Source of the DNA: Okamejei kenojei
Taxonomy: Eukaryota
NCBI GenBank assembly: GCA_035221665.1
Contig: CM069145.1
Span: 57,412,001 to 57,476,000 of the forward strand
Direction of reading: 5' to 3'
DNA: 64,000 nucleotides
The notes below the pieces were generated by a model, which did no database searches, was not told the origin of the DNA, and saw only the letters and a list, made by a program, of their open reading frames with translations. Below, in pieces: positions 1-10,990 of this stretch; position 1 is the stretch's first letter; each line of letters opens with the position of its first letter. The translations under genes and the position numbers were made by a program.

Positions 1-460
1 ACGCCATTCAATCAGGGCTGACCTATCACTTCCTCCTAACCCCATCCGCCTGCCTTCTCATAACAGCCGTACTAATAAGAAAAACCTATCCATCTCTGCC
101 TTAAAAATAACCGTTGACTTGGCCTCCACAGCCTTCTGTAGGATACTATTCCACAGATAACACCACGCTCTGACCCTCTGACTAAATAAATTCCTCCTCG
201 TCTCCTACCTAAAGGAACTGCCTTTAATTCTGAGGCCATTACCTCTAGTCCGAGACTCACACTGGTGAAAACATAATTTTCACACCTGCTCAAGAGAGAG
301 TTAGATGTATCTCTTCGGGCTAAAGGAATCAAGCGAAAATCAATGGGGGAAAAACAGGAATGGTTCTTGGTTCTTGATTTTAGATGATCAGCCATGATCA
401 TATTGAATGGTGGTGCTGGCTCGAAGGGCCGAATGGCCTACTGCACCTATTTTTCTATGT
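1..460. mobile_element. Two CR1 (HER1-like) LINE 3' fragments in opposite orientations
   Basis: About 1-285 is the reverse complement of a CR1 3' end. About 290-460 is a plus-strand tail gatgatcagccatgatcatattgaatggtggtgctggctcgaagggccgaatggcc..ttctatgtt. Confidence 0.7.
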
Positions 461-509
461 TTACTCTACCCAAGCCTTTTAATATTTTTATTCCTATTAC
501 TATTTAACG

Positions 510-695
510 TGAAGATAGACACAAAATGCTGGAGAAACTCAGCGGGACAGGCAGCATCTTCCTGTCTGAAGATGGGTCTCGACCCAAAACGTCACCCATT
601 CCTTCCATCCAGAGATGTCACGTGTCCCACTGAGTTACTCCAGCATTTTGTGTAGATCTTTCATGTAAACCTGCATGTGCAGTGCCTTCCTACAC
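510..695. repeat. Penelope-derived palindromic repeat with degenerate hammerhead motif (566-593)
   Basis: Inverted arms gacacaaaatgctggagaaactcag / ctgagttactccagcattttgtgt around the core CTGAAGA-T-GGGTC-TC-GACCC-AAAAC-GTC. Confidence 0.6.
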
Positions 696-1766
696 ACCTC
701 AGTATTTAAGGTGATTTATTTTACATTCCAGTAAAAAAAAACGTTGCATGTTTTGGTATTGGTGTGAGGCGAGTAAGCTTGTGTAGTCTAAAACAAATCG
801 TCATAATGTGCGAAATTGATAAAGAGGGAATTTTATCGAAGTCTTGCAAAAATACCAAGTGGTCCGGTAAACAGTGTAGATGGGAATAGAATTACAAAGG
901 GCAATGATGAATTCAGTGGGCAAAAGAGTAGCTTTGCCCACTCACTCAATCAGAAATGTTACCTGAGAAGTTTATAAAACTAAAAACCAAGGACTTTTTT
1001 CGGTTCTTAGAAACATAGAAACAGAGAAAATTGGTGCAGGAGGAGGCCATTCGGCCCTTCGAGCCAGCACCGCCATTCAATATGACCATGGCTGATTGAA
1101 CGTCTTGATTTGTTAGGATATCAAAGTTTACTGAGAAAAGACAAGATAATGGGGTTGAGGGAGAAAATGGATCGAATGGTGGAGCCGACTTGAAGGGCTG
1201 AAATGGCCTAATTCTGCCCCTAAGTCTTATGATCTTATCTTATGAATTTATCCATTGCTGAGTGCTGATTCCCAAAATACATGTCATCCTCATATGTTCC
1301 TGAACCTACAAGATGCATGTAGGGGACCCAACCCCCAGGTTTTCCTGATCTTTAGCCTCAGACCACAAGGTTCCTTGTTCACCACTTCGAGCACAAGAGA
1401 AGGAGAGGTTATGCATTGACAGGACAACATTAACTGACTTAGCACTGCAACAGCCAGAGGAGTATGCACACAAGCATCAGACATTTAGCGACACTGTTAT
1501 GTTTTTCAGGCACATAGTGGATCATTGCATTGGCCAGTGATACACAGATATGTGCTGATATATAGTGCATGTCCACAAACCCCTATAGGACAAGTTGATA
1601 AGAATGGCCATGGCAGAAGATGAGACTATTATTTATTACATGTTACATATGCAAGATATGTCAAACTGTATAAAATGTTGTTTTGGCATTTGGATGTGAC
1701 AGCACTAGAGTTGATGCAGAGATGGCAAATTATTTTCTCAACTTCAAAACAAAGTACACCTTATAG

Positions 1767-1940
1767 TGAAGGTAGACACAAAATTCTGGAGTAACTCAGC
1801 GGGACAGGTAGCATCTCTGGAGAGAAGGAATGAATTACGTCACCCATTCCTTCTCTCCAGAGATGCTGCCTGTCCCGCTGACTTACTTCAGCATTTTGTG
1901 TCTATCTTCGATTTAAACCAGCATCTGCAGTTCCTTCCCG
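1767..1940. repeat. Penelope-derived palindromic repeat with the central hammerhead region missing
   Basis: About 65-bp near-perfect inverted arms (gaaggtagacacaaaattctggagtaactcagcgggacagg..gagaaggaatg / cattccttctctccagagatgctgcctgtcccgctgac..tgtgtctatcttc). Confidence 0.65.
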
Positions 1941-1959
1941 CACTTATGTACCTTATGTT

Positions 1960-2595
1960 AGGCAACATAGGCATGTTGGCCTTCATAACAAGAGGAGTTG
2001 AGTATAGGAGCAAAGAAGTCCTTCTGCAGTTGTACAGGGCCCTAGTGAAACCGCACCTGCAGTATTTTGTGCAGTTTTGGTCTTCCAATTTGAGGAAGGA
2101 CGTTCTTGCTATTGAGGGAGTGCAACGTAGGTTCACCAGGTTAATTCCCGGGATTGCGGGACCCATATGTTGATAGAATGGGCTTGTATACTCTGGAATT
2201 TAGAAGGATCTTATTGAAACATATAAGATTATTAAGGGTTTGGACAAGCAAGAGGCAGTTCACATGTTCCCGATGTTGGAGGAGTCCAGAACCAGGGGCC
2301 ACAGTTTAAGTATAAGGGATAAGCCATTTAGAACGGAGATGAGGAAAACCCTTTTCACACAGAGAATTGTGAGTCTGTGGAATTCTCTGCCTCAGAGGGC
2401 GATGGAGGCTGGTTCTCTGGATGCTCTCAAGGGAGAGCTAGACAGCGCGCTTAAAGATGGCGGTGTTAGGGGATATGGGAAGAAGGCAGGGACGGGGTAC
2501 TGATTGTGGATGATCAGCCATGATCACATTGAACGGCGGTGCTGTCTCGAGGGGCCGAATGGGTTACTCCTCAACCTATTGTGTACTGTAATGAA
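1960..2595 (+). mobile_element. CR1 LINE 3' fragment
   Basis: GMLAFITRGVEYRSKEVLLQLYRALVKPHLQY..RTRGHSL..LWNSLPQ followed by the CR1 3' UTR. Confidence 0.9.
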
Positions 2596-2815
2596 TTAGG
2601 CAATACAGGAATTAAATCAGAACTCATTCACTTTCCCTGCCACTACTCAATCTAGTTGGCATTTGGAGATAAATACCTGATATTTATTTGACGTGTAATG
2701 AATATGAAAGCAGATACAAGAATTAATGAGGCTAACAAAGTTACAGCCCATCTTTCAGTCTGATCATGAGCTTTTTCCGAACAGCTGTTGTGGCAGCAGG
2801 ATCGAGATGCTGCAA

Positions 2816-3660
2816 TCACTTATGAACTCGCTTGTGTGACTGCAGGTAGGAGAATTGAGTGAATCCCTTCCGGCACACGGAGCAGTTGAATGGCTTCTCC
2901 CTGGTGTGAACCCACTGATAGATCAGCAGGGTGGGTGAACAAGTGAATCCCTTCCCGCAGACGAAGCAGGTAAATGGTCTCTCCCCTGTGCGAACCAGCC
3001 CATGTATCTGCAAGTGGGTCGGCTGAGTGAATCCCTTCCCACAGACAGTACAGGTGAATGGCCTCTACCCGGTATGAATGCGTTGATGTCTAAGCAGATC
3101 TTCTGATATTTTAAAGCTCTTCTTACAGAGCAATTAAACGTCCTCTCATCGGTATGGACTAGTTGGTGTGTCTTTAGATGACTTGATTGTATGAACCCTT
3201 TTCCACACACACACTGCAGACAAATGGTTTCTCCCCCGTGTGAATACGTTGGTGCCTCACCAGAACATCCAAGCTTTTAAAGCTCTTTTCACAGTAAGAA
3301 CAATTAAACGTTCTCTTTTCTGTGTGCACCTCCTGATGTTACTGCAGATGAGACGACTGGGAACATCCCTTGCCGCACACAGCGCAGGAAAACGGCCTCT
3401 CTCCTGTGTGTGTCCGGTATCAGATCGGAGAGACGAATGAATCCCTCCTTGCACATGGAGCAGGTGTAGGATCTCTCCCTGCATGAACTTGCCAGTCTCA
3501 GATGTTCAGAAGCCTGAGCGAATCTCTTCCTGCAAACGGAGGAAGGGGACGGTCTCTTCTTGCTGCGTGTGCATTGATGATGTTCCAATTTGGATGGGCA
3601 ATAGAATCTCTTCGCGCTTTCCCCACATTTACCTGGATTTTGCATGGTCAGCATGTCCCT
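2816..3660 (-). pseudogene. Tandem C2H2 zinc-finger pseudogene (about 10 fingers)
   Basis: Repeated CxxC..F..L..HxxxH units with TGERPF/TGEKPF linkers spread over several frames (ORFs 2816-3013, 2923-3210, 3304-3783). In-frame stops, frameshifts and mutated zinc ligands are present. Confidence 0.85.
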
Positions 3661-3789
3661 GGGAACGAAGTTGGATGATGAACTGAATCCCACTTCAAAC
3701 GTGTACACTGTTTCTTCCACCACTACTGTCTCCCCGTATTCTCTCCAACTTGTTGCAACTTTTCCCCATCTTCCCACAGTCAAAGCACT

Positions 3790-4415
3790 GGAATACTATT
3801 ATACGCGTGTCTCAATGCTGTCAAATCACAGTGTGCTGAATGGGATGGCTGACGGGGTGAAAGGTGAGAACTAGGGGGGAATTCTGTCCTTGATGTAACT
3901 GGGGGGAGGGGGGACAAGAGAGCAGCAGCGGGATACCAAGGAGACCCGTGTGAGGGCAGAGGGGAATCCCCATTAACCAAAGAATGAGGACATCGCGGAG
4001 GTCCTGGTTTGGAACACCTCTTCTTGGGCGCAGATGCAGGGTGTGGAAATTGGGAGTAGGGGATCGAGTATTTGCAGGAAGCAGGGTGGGAAGAAGTGTA
4101 GTCAGCATAGCTGTGGGAGACATTAGCTTTACAATAAATGTCAGTCGCCATGGGTTGTAAGCTGCCCAAGCGAAATATGAGGTGATGTTCCTCCGATTTG
4201 CATGTAGCCTCATTCTGACAATGAATGAGGATTAGGACAGAAAGTTCAGTATGGAAACTGGAAGAAAAGTTAAAATGTTTGGCTACTGGGAGATCACATA
4301 GGCCAAGGCGGACTGAGCGTAGATGTTCAGCTAAACTGTCGCCAGTCTATGCTTGGTCTCACCTATATATAAATGAGTCCACCCAGAGAACACCGGATAC
4401 AGTAGATGAGTTTGG
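3790..4415 (-). mobile_element. Penelope-like element fragment (GIY-YIG endonuclease and RT C-terminal pieces)
   Basis: Minus-strand translation gives LIYCIRCS..YIGETKHR..AEHLRSV..HLIFRLGSLQP (GIY-YIG) and TDIYCKANVSHSYADYTSSHPASCKYSIPYSQF (PLE RT thumb/linker). Confidence 0.8.
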
Positions 4416-4970
4416 GAGTGGTGCTCGCAGTTCGGGGAAAGCAGCGTGTATGAACTGCTGCCCCTTTAACAGATTTGTCCGCATCCATCCGAATGGGCGG
4501 GGTTTATGACCTACATGGGCGGGTCTAATTCTGGATATCACTTTGGCTGAAGTTGTGCAGGGACCCCCTTCGTTCTGGATACCACTCTCCCCCCTCCCGC
4601 CCCATGTATGTGTATCGCTTTGCTTCCAGAAATCGATCACTATGTCTTGCTTACGTTACAAGATACAAGATACATTTATTTATTTGTCACATGTGCCAGT
4701 TGGCACAGTGAAATGAAATCACCATACAGCCATACAATGAAAATAAAGAACACACCATAGATTTGATAGAATTCAACATAAAACATCCCCACACAACAGA
4801 ATCAAAGTTTCCCACTGGGAGGGAAGGCACCAAAGTCAGTCTGTTCGTTGAGAAAATGGCTGTTATTTTGACACCAGGTCACGAGGTTCTTAATCTCCTT
4901 CCTGTACCCAGCCTTGTCATTATTTGATATCCGTGCGTAAAGAAAGGGGCTGAGAAATGGAATGCTTTAT

Positions 4971-5212
4971 ATGTGGCGTTTGCACGTTCTCCCTGTAACC
5001 ACCTGGGTTTCCGCAGGGTGGTTCCGGTTTCCTCCCACATCCCAAAGACGTGCGGGGTTGTAGTTTAAATGGCCTTTATAAATTGTCCCAAATGTAGGGA
5101 CTGTGTGCGAAAGTGGAATAAAACAGATGTAGTGTGAACGAATGATCAATGATCGGCATGAATTCGGTGGGCAAAAGAGTCAGTTTCCTTGCTCTGTTTC
5201 TAAACTAAACTA
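4971..5212 (+). mobile_element. 5'-truncated V-SINE (HE1-like)
   Basis: V-domain-like gtggcgtttgcacgttctccc..ccggtttcctcccacatcccaaagacgtg, then a CR1-like tail ending in (ctaaa)n. Confidence 0.7.
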
Positions 5213-5327
5213 CACTGCGGGTTAATTATCTGGCTGTATTGGCAGTCAGATCCCAGCAGTTTGGCAGTCAGATCCCAGCAGTTTGTTGTGTACTTTATAT
5301 TGTATCCTGTGTAAGGGGGGGGGGAGT

Positions 5328-8300
5328 ATGAAGGCAAGGGCAGTGTACTGTTCTGGATGTCAGATGTGGGAGGTCAGGGAATCTGATAGCCCTCCAGACA
5401 TCCACATCTGCGCCAGGTGTGTTGAGATGGGGCTCCTAAAGGACTGTGTTAGGAACCTGGAGCAGCAGCTCGATGACCTCCGTCTGGTCAGGGAGAGTGA
5501 GGAGGTCGTAGAGAGGAGCTACAGGGAGGTAGTCACTCCCAAACCACAGGAGGCAGACAAGTGGGTTACAGTTAGGAAGGGCAAGGGGCAGAGGCAGAGG
5601 CTAGAGAGTACCCCTGTGACCGTACACCTGGAAATAGGTACTCGGATTTGAGTACGATTGGAGGGGACAGCCTAGCTGGGGGCAGCAACAGCGGCTGCGC
5701 CTCCGGCACAGAGACCGGCCCTGATGCTCAGAAGGGTAACAAAAAGAGGAGGGCAATTGTAATAGGGGACTCTATAGTTAGGGGGTCGGATAGGCGATTC
5801 TGTGGACGCAGTCGGGAGACCCGGATGGTAGTTTGCCTCCCTGGTGCCAGGGTCTCGCATGTGTCAGAACGTGTCCAAAAGATTCTGATAAGGGAGGGAG
5901 AGGAGCCTGATGTTGTGGTACACATAGGTACCAATGACATAGGCAGAAAAAGTTACGAGGTCCTGAAGGGAGAATTTAGGAGTTGGGGGGAAAGTTAAGG
6001 AGAAGGACCAAAAGGGTAACAATTTCAGGATTACTGCCTGTGTGCCGCATGACAGTGATAGTAGGAATGAAATGAGGTGGAGGATAAATGCGTGGCTGAG
6101 GGACTGGTGAAGTGGGCAGGGATTCAAGTTTCTTGATCACTGGGACCCTCTTTTGGGGAAGGCATGATCTGTACACAAAGGACGGGTTTACACTTGAGCC
6201 CGAGGGGGACCAATATCCTGGCAGGGAGATTTGCAAAGGGTACTGGGGAGACTTTAAACTAGAAAGGCTGGGGGGAGGGACTCGGGTAGAGGGGGCTAGG
6301 GCTCAGGGTGTGGGGCAAGAGGCAGAGAAGGGAAGCACTCGGATCCAAAATGTAGGCGAGAAAGATGAAAAAGATAATAGACAGAGAATAAGGGATAGTG
6401 GGTTTCTAAAATGTGTATATTTTAATGCTAGGAGCATTGTAAGTAAGGTGGACGAACTTAGAGCCTGGATTGACACCTGGAAATATGATGTTGTGGCAAT
6501 CAGTGAAACGTGGTTGCAGGAGGGCTGTGATTGGAAACTAAATATTCCAGGATTTCGTTGCTTCAGGTGTGATAGAATTGGAGGGACCAGAGGGGGGAGG
6601 TGTTGCATTGCTTGTCAGAGAAGATATTACAGCAGTGCTTTGGGCAGGATAGATTAGAGGGCTCGTCTAGGGAGGCTATTTGGGTGGAACTGAGAAGTGG
6701 GAACGGTGTAGCAACACTTTTAGGGGTGTATTATAGACCGCCAAATGGGGAGCGTGAATTGGAAGAGCAAATATGTAAGGAGATAGCAGATATTAGTAGT
6801 AAGCACAAGGTAGTGATTGTGGGAGATTTCAATTTTCCAAAAATAGACTGGGAAACATATTCTGTAAATGGGCTGGATGGTTTGGAGTTTGTAAAATGTG
6901 TGCAGGATAGTTTTTTGCAGCAGTACATAGAGGTATCGACCAGAGAAGGGGCAGTGCTGGACCTCCTGTTAGGAAATGAGGCAGGTCAGGTGACGGAGGT
7001 ATGCGTTGGTGAGCACTTCGGGACCAGTGATCACAATACCATTAGTTTCAATATAATTATGGAGAGAGTCAGAACTGGACCTAGGGTGGAGATTTTTGAT
7101 TGGAGAAAGGCTAACTTTGAGGGAATGCGTAAGGATTTTAAAGGAGTGAATTGGGACACTTTGTTTCATGGGAAGGATGTAGAAGAGAAATGGAGGACAT
7201 TTAAAGGGGAAATTGTAAGAGTACAGAATCTTTATGTCCCTGTTAGGTTGAAAGGAAATAGTAAAAATTGGAAAGAGCCATGGTTTTCAAGGGAAATTGG
7301 ACACTTGTTTCGAAACAAGAGAGATATCTACAATAATTATAGGAGGCATGGAGTAAATGAGGTGCTAGAGGAGTATAAAGAATGTAAAATGAATCTTAAG
7401 AAATAAATTAGGAAGGCTAAAAGAAGATATGAGGTTGTTTGGCAAGAAAGGTGAAAATAACCCCAAAGGGTTTCTACAGCTATATTAATAGCAAAACATA
7501 GAAACATAGAAACATAGAAATTAGGTGCAGGAGTAGGCCATACAGCCCTTCGAGCCTGCACCGCCATTCAATATGATCATGGCTGATCATCCAACTCAGT
7601 ATCCCGTACCTGCCTTCTCTCCATACCCTCTGATCCCCTTAGCCACAAGGGCCACATCCAACTCACTCTTAAATATAGCCAATGAACTGGCCTCAACTAC
7701 CCTCTGTGGCAGAGAGTTCCAGAGACTCACCACTCTCTGTGTGAAAAAAGTCTTTCTCATCTCGGTCTTAAAGGATTTCCCCCTTATCCTTAAGCTGTGA
7801 CCCCTTGTCCTGGACTTCCCCAACATCGGGAACAATCTTCCTGCATCTAGCCTGTCCAACCCCTTAAGAATTTGTAAGTTTCTATAAGATCCCCTCTCAA
7901 TCTCCTAAATTGCAGAGAGTATAAACCGAGTCTATCCAGTCTTTCTTCATAAGACAGTCCTGACATCCCAGGAATCAGTCTGGTGAACCTTCTCTGCACT
8001 CCCTCTATGGCAATAATGTCCTTCCTCAGATTTGGAGACCAAAACTGTACGCAATACTCCAGGTGTGGTCTCACCAAGACCCTGTACAACTGAAGTAGAA
8101 CCTCCCTGCTCCTGTACTCAAATCCTTTTGCTATGAAAGCTAACATACCATTCGCTTTTTTCACTGCCTGCTGCACCTGCATGCCTACTTTCAATGACTG
8201 GTGTACCATGACACCCAGGTCTCGTGCATCTCCCCTTTTCCTAATCGACCACCATTTAAATAATAGTCTGCTTTCCTGTTTTTGCCACCAAAGTGGATAA

Positions 8301-10457
8301 CCTCACATTTATCCACATTATACTGCATCTGCCAAACATTTTACCACTCACCCGGCCTATCCAAGTCACCTTGCAGTCTCCTAGCATCCTCCTCACAGCG
8401 AACACTGCCCCCCAGCTTAGTGTCATCCGCAAACTTGGAGATATTGCCTTCAATTCCCTCATCCAGATCATTAATATATATTGTAAATAGCTGGGGTCCC
8501 AGCACTGAGCCCTGCGGTACCCCACTAGTTACTGCCTGCCATTGTGAAAAGGACCCGTTTACTCCTACTCTTTGCTTCCTGTTTGCCAGCCAGTTCTCTA
8601 TCCACCTCAATACTGAACCCCTAATACCGTATGCTTTAAGTTTGTAGGCTTTAAGTAAGGATAACGAGGGATAAAATTGGACCATTAGAGAACCAGAATG
8701 GACAGCTATCTGCAGAGCCAAAAGAGATGGGGGAGATATTGAACAATTTCTTTTCTTCGGTATTCACCAAGGAGAAGGATATTGAACTCTGTGAGTTAAG
8801 GGGAAAAAGTAGAGTAGCTATGGAAACTATGAGATTCAAAGAGGAGGAAGTACTGGCACTTTTGAAAAATATAAAAGTGGATAAGTCTCCAGGTCCTGAC
8901 AGGATATTCCCTAGGACATTGAGGGAAGTTAGTGTAGAAATAGCAGGAGCTATGACAGGAATATTTCAAATGTCATTAGAAACGGGAATAGTGCCGGAGG
9001 ATTGGCGTACTGCGCATGTTGTTCCATTGTTTTAAAAAAGGGTTCAAAGAATAAACCTAGCAATTATAGACCTATTAGTTTGACGTCAGTGGTGGGCAGA
9101 TTAATGGAAAGGATACTTAGAGATAATATATATAAGCATCTGGATAAACAGGGTCTGATCAGGAACAGTCAAAATGGATTTGTGCCTGGAAGGTCATGTT
9201 TGACAAACCTTCTTGAATTTTTTGAAGCGGTAACTAGGGAAATTGATGAGGGTACAGCAGTGGATGTTGTCTATATGGATTTCAGTAAGGCCTTAGACAA
9301 GGTTCCCCATGGAAGGTTGGTTAAGAAGGTTCAATCTTTGGGTGTTAATGGCGGAGTAGCAAGATGGATTCAACAGTGGCTGAATGGGAGATGTCAGAGA
9401 GTAATGGTGGATGGCTGTTTGTCAGGTTGGAAGCCGGTGACCATGGGGGTGCCTCAGGGATCTGTGTTGGGTCCACTGTTGTTTGTCATGTACATCAATG
9501 ATCTGGATGATGGGGTGGAAAATTGGATAAGTAAGTATGCAGATGATACTAAGATAGGTGGTGTTGTGGATAATGAAGTAGATTTTCAAAGTCTACAGAG
9601 AGATTTGGGCCATTTGGAAAAGTGGGCTGAAAGATGGCAGATGGAGTTTAATGCTGATAAGTGTGAAGTGCTACATCTTGGCAGGACAAATCAAAATAGG
9701 ACGTACATGGTAAATGGTAGGGAATTGAGGAATGCTGTGGAACAGAGGGATCTAGGAATAACTGTTCATAGTTCCCTGAAGGGGAATCGCATGTAGATAG
9801 GGTGGTAAAGAAAGCCTTTGGTGTGCTGGCCTTTATAAATCAGAGCATTGAATATAGGAGTAGGGAAGTAATGTTAAAATTGTACAAGGCATTGGTAAGA
9901 CCAATTCTGGAGTATGGTGTACAATTTTGGTCGCCTAGTTATAGGAAGGATGTCAACAAAATAGGGAGAGTACAGAGGAGATTTACTAGAATGTTGCCAG
10001 GGTTCCAGCAACTATGTTACAGAGAAAGGTTGAACAAGTTAGGTCTTTATTCTTTGGAGCGCAGAAGGTTAAGGGGGGACTTGATTGAGGTCTTTAAAAT
10101 GATGAAAGGGATAGACAGAGTTGACGTGGATACGTTTTTCCCATTGAGGGTAGGGAAGATTCAAACAAGAGGGCATGACATGAGAATTAAGGGACAGAGG
10201 TTTCGGGGTAATGTGAGGGGAAACTTCTTTACTCAGAGGGTGGTGGCTGTGTGGAATGAGCTTCCAGCAGACGTGGTGGAGGCAGGATCGATTTTAACAT
10301 TTAAGAGTAAAGTGGATAGGTATATGGACGTGAAGGGAATGGAGGGGTATGGTCTGAGTGCAGGTAGATGGGACTAGGGGAAAACAAATGGTCGGCACGG
10401 ACTGGAAGGGCCGAGAGGGCCTGTTTCCGTGCTGTAATTGTTATATGGTTATATGGT
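5328..10457 (+). mobile_element. Near full-length CR1 LINE (ORF1 zinc finger plus SGNH esterase; ORF2 APE plus RT), interrupted at 7495-8647
   Basis: ORF1 has CSGC..HICARC, VIGDSIVRG and HIGTND. ORF2 has [47 protein letters not shown] and YADD. The tail is (ttatatgg)n, and only a handful of frameshifts are seen. Confidence 0.95.
7495..8647 (-). mobile_element. 5'-truncated CR1 LINE nested antisense in the full-length CR1
   Basis: An (aacataga)n tail at 7495 and RT motifs [14 protein letters not shown] on minus. The host reading YINSK|[10 protein letters not shown] resumes at about 8659. Confidence 0.95.
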
Positions 10458-10459
10458 TA

Positions 10460-10978
10460 ATTTGCCGAAATCATACTCTGTGATGTGTGTGTGTGTGTGT
10501 GGGTGTGTGTGTGTGTGCGTGTGTGGGGTGTGGGGGGGGGGGGGGTCAACCGGAGCATCCTGTATGATTCCGGGGCAATATCCCCTCCCTGCCTCTGTCT
10601 CTGTGGGTCTCTTTGATTGAATGGTGTCCACCAAATGCTGTGCTAAATATTTCAGCCAAGTGTTATATTCGACACTGAGTATGTAGGTGTTCTGATAATG
10701 TAGTGGCCCGAACAAGCGGAGTTTGGTGTTAAGGCACTGGAATGGCAGCAGAATCAATCTATCTGCACACGCGCGGTTTTTAAGATTTGTAATCTTCGAT
10801 AACTCTTATCAGCTTCTACCGATCGGAACGGAACTTGGTGAAATCGCAGTATAGGAGATCGGTGAGTAAGCTGGCGAAAAATCGTAGCGCTAACGCGTAC
10901 CGTTTTTGCGCAAATAGAATGACCGCCAAAACGGAAGATAACAAGATCAGACTTTGAGCATTGTATAGATAGATAGAT
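10460..10978 (+). mobile_element. Putative non-autonomous Helentron/DINE-1-like element containing (TG)n and poly-G
   Basis: Its last ~190 bp are collinearly similar to 34590-34776, and both end caagat.agac.tt...tatagat. The classification is inference. Confidence 0.4.
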
Positions 10979-10990
10979 GTTTGACATTTA

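Noticed and set aside
4704-4742. CACAGTG + 23 nt + ACAATGAAA cryptic RSS
   Set aside because: The nonamer matches only 5/9, it lies inside a retroposon tail, and no V-like sequence is upstream.
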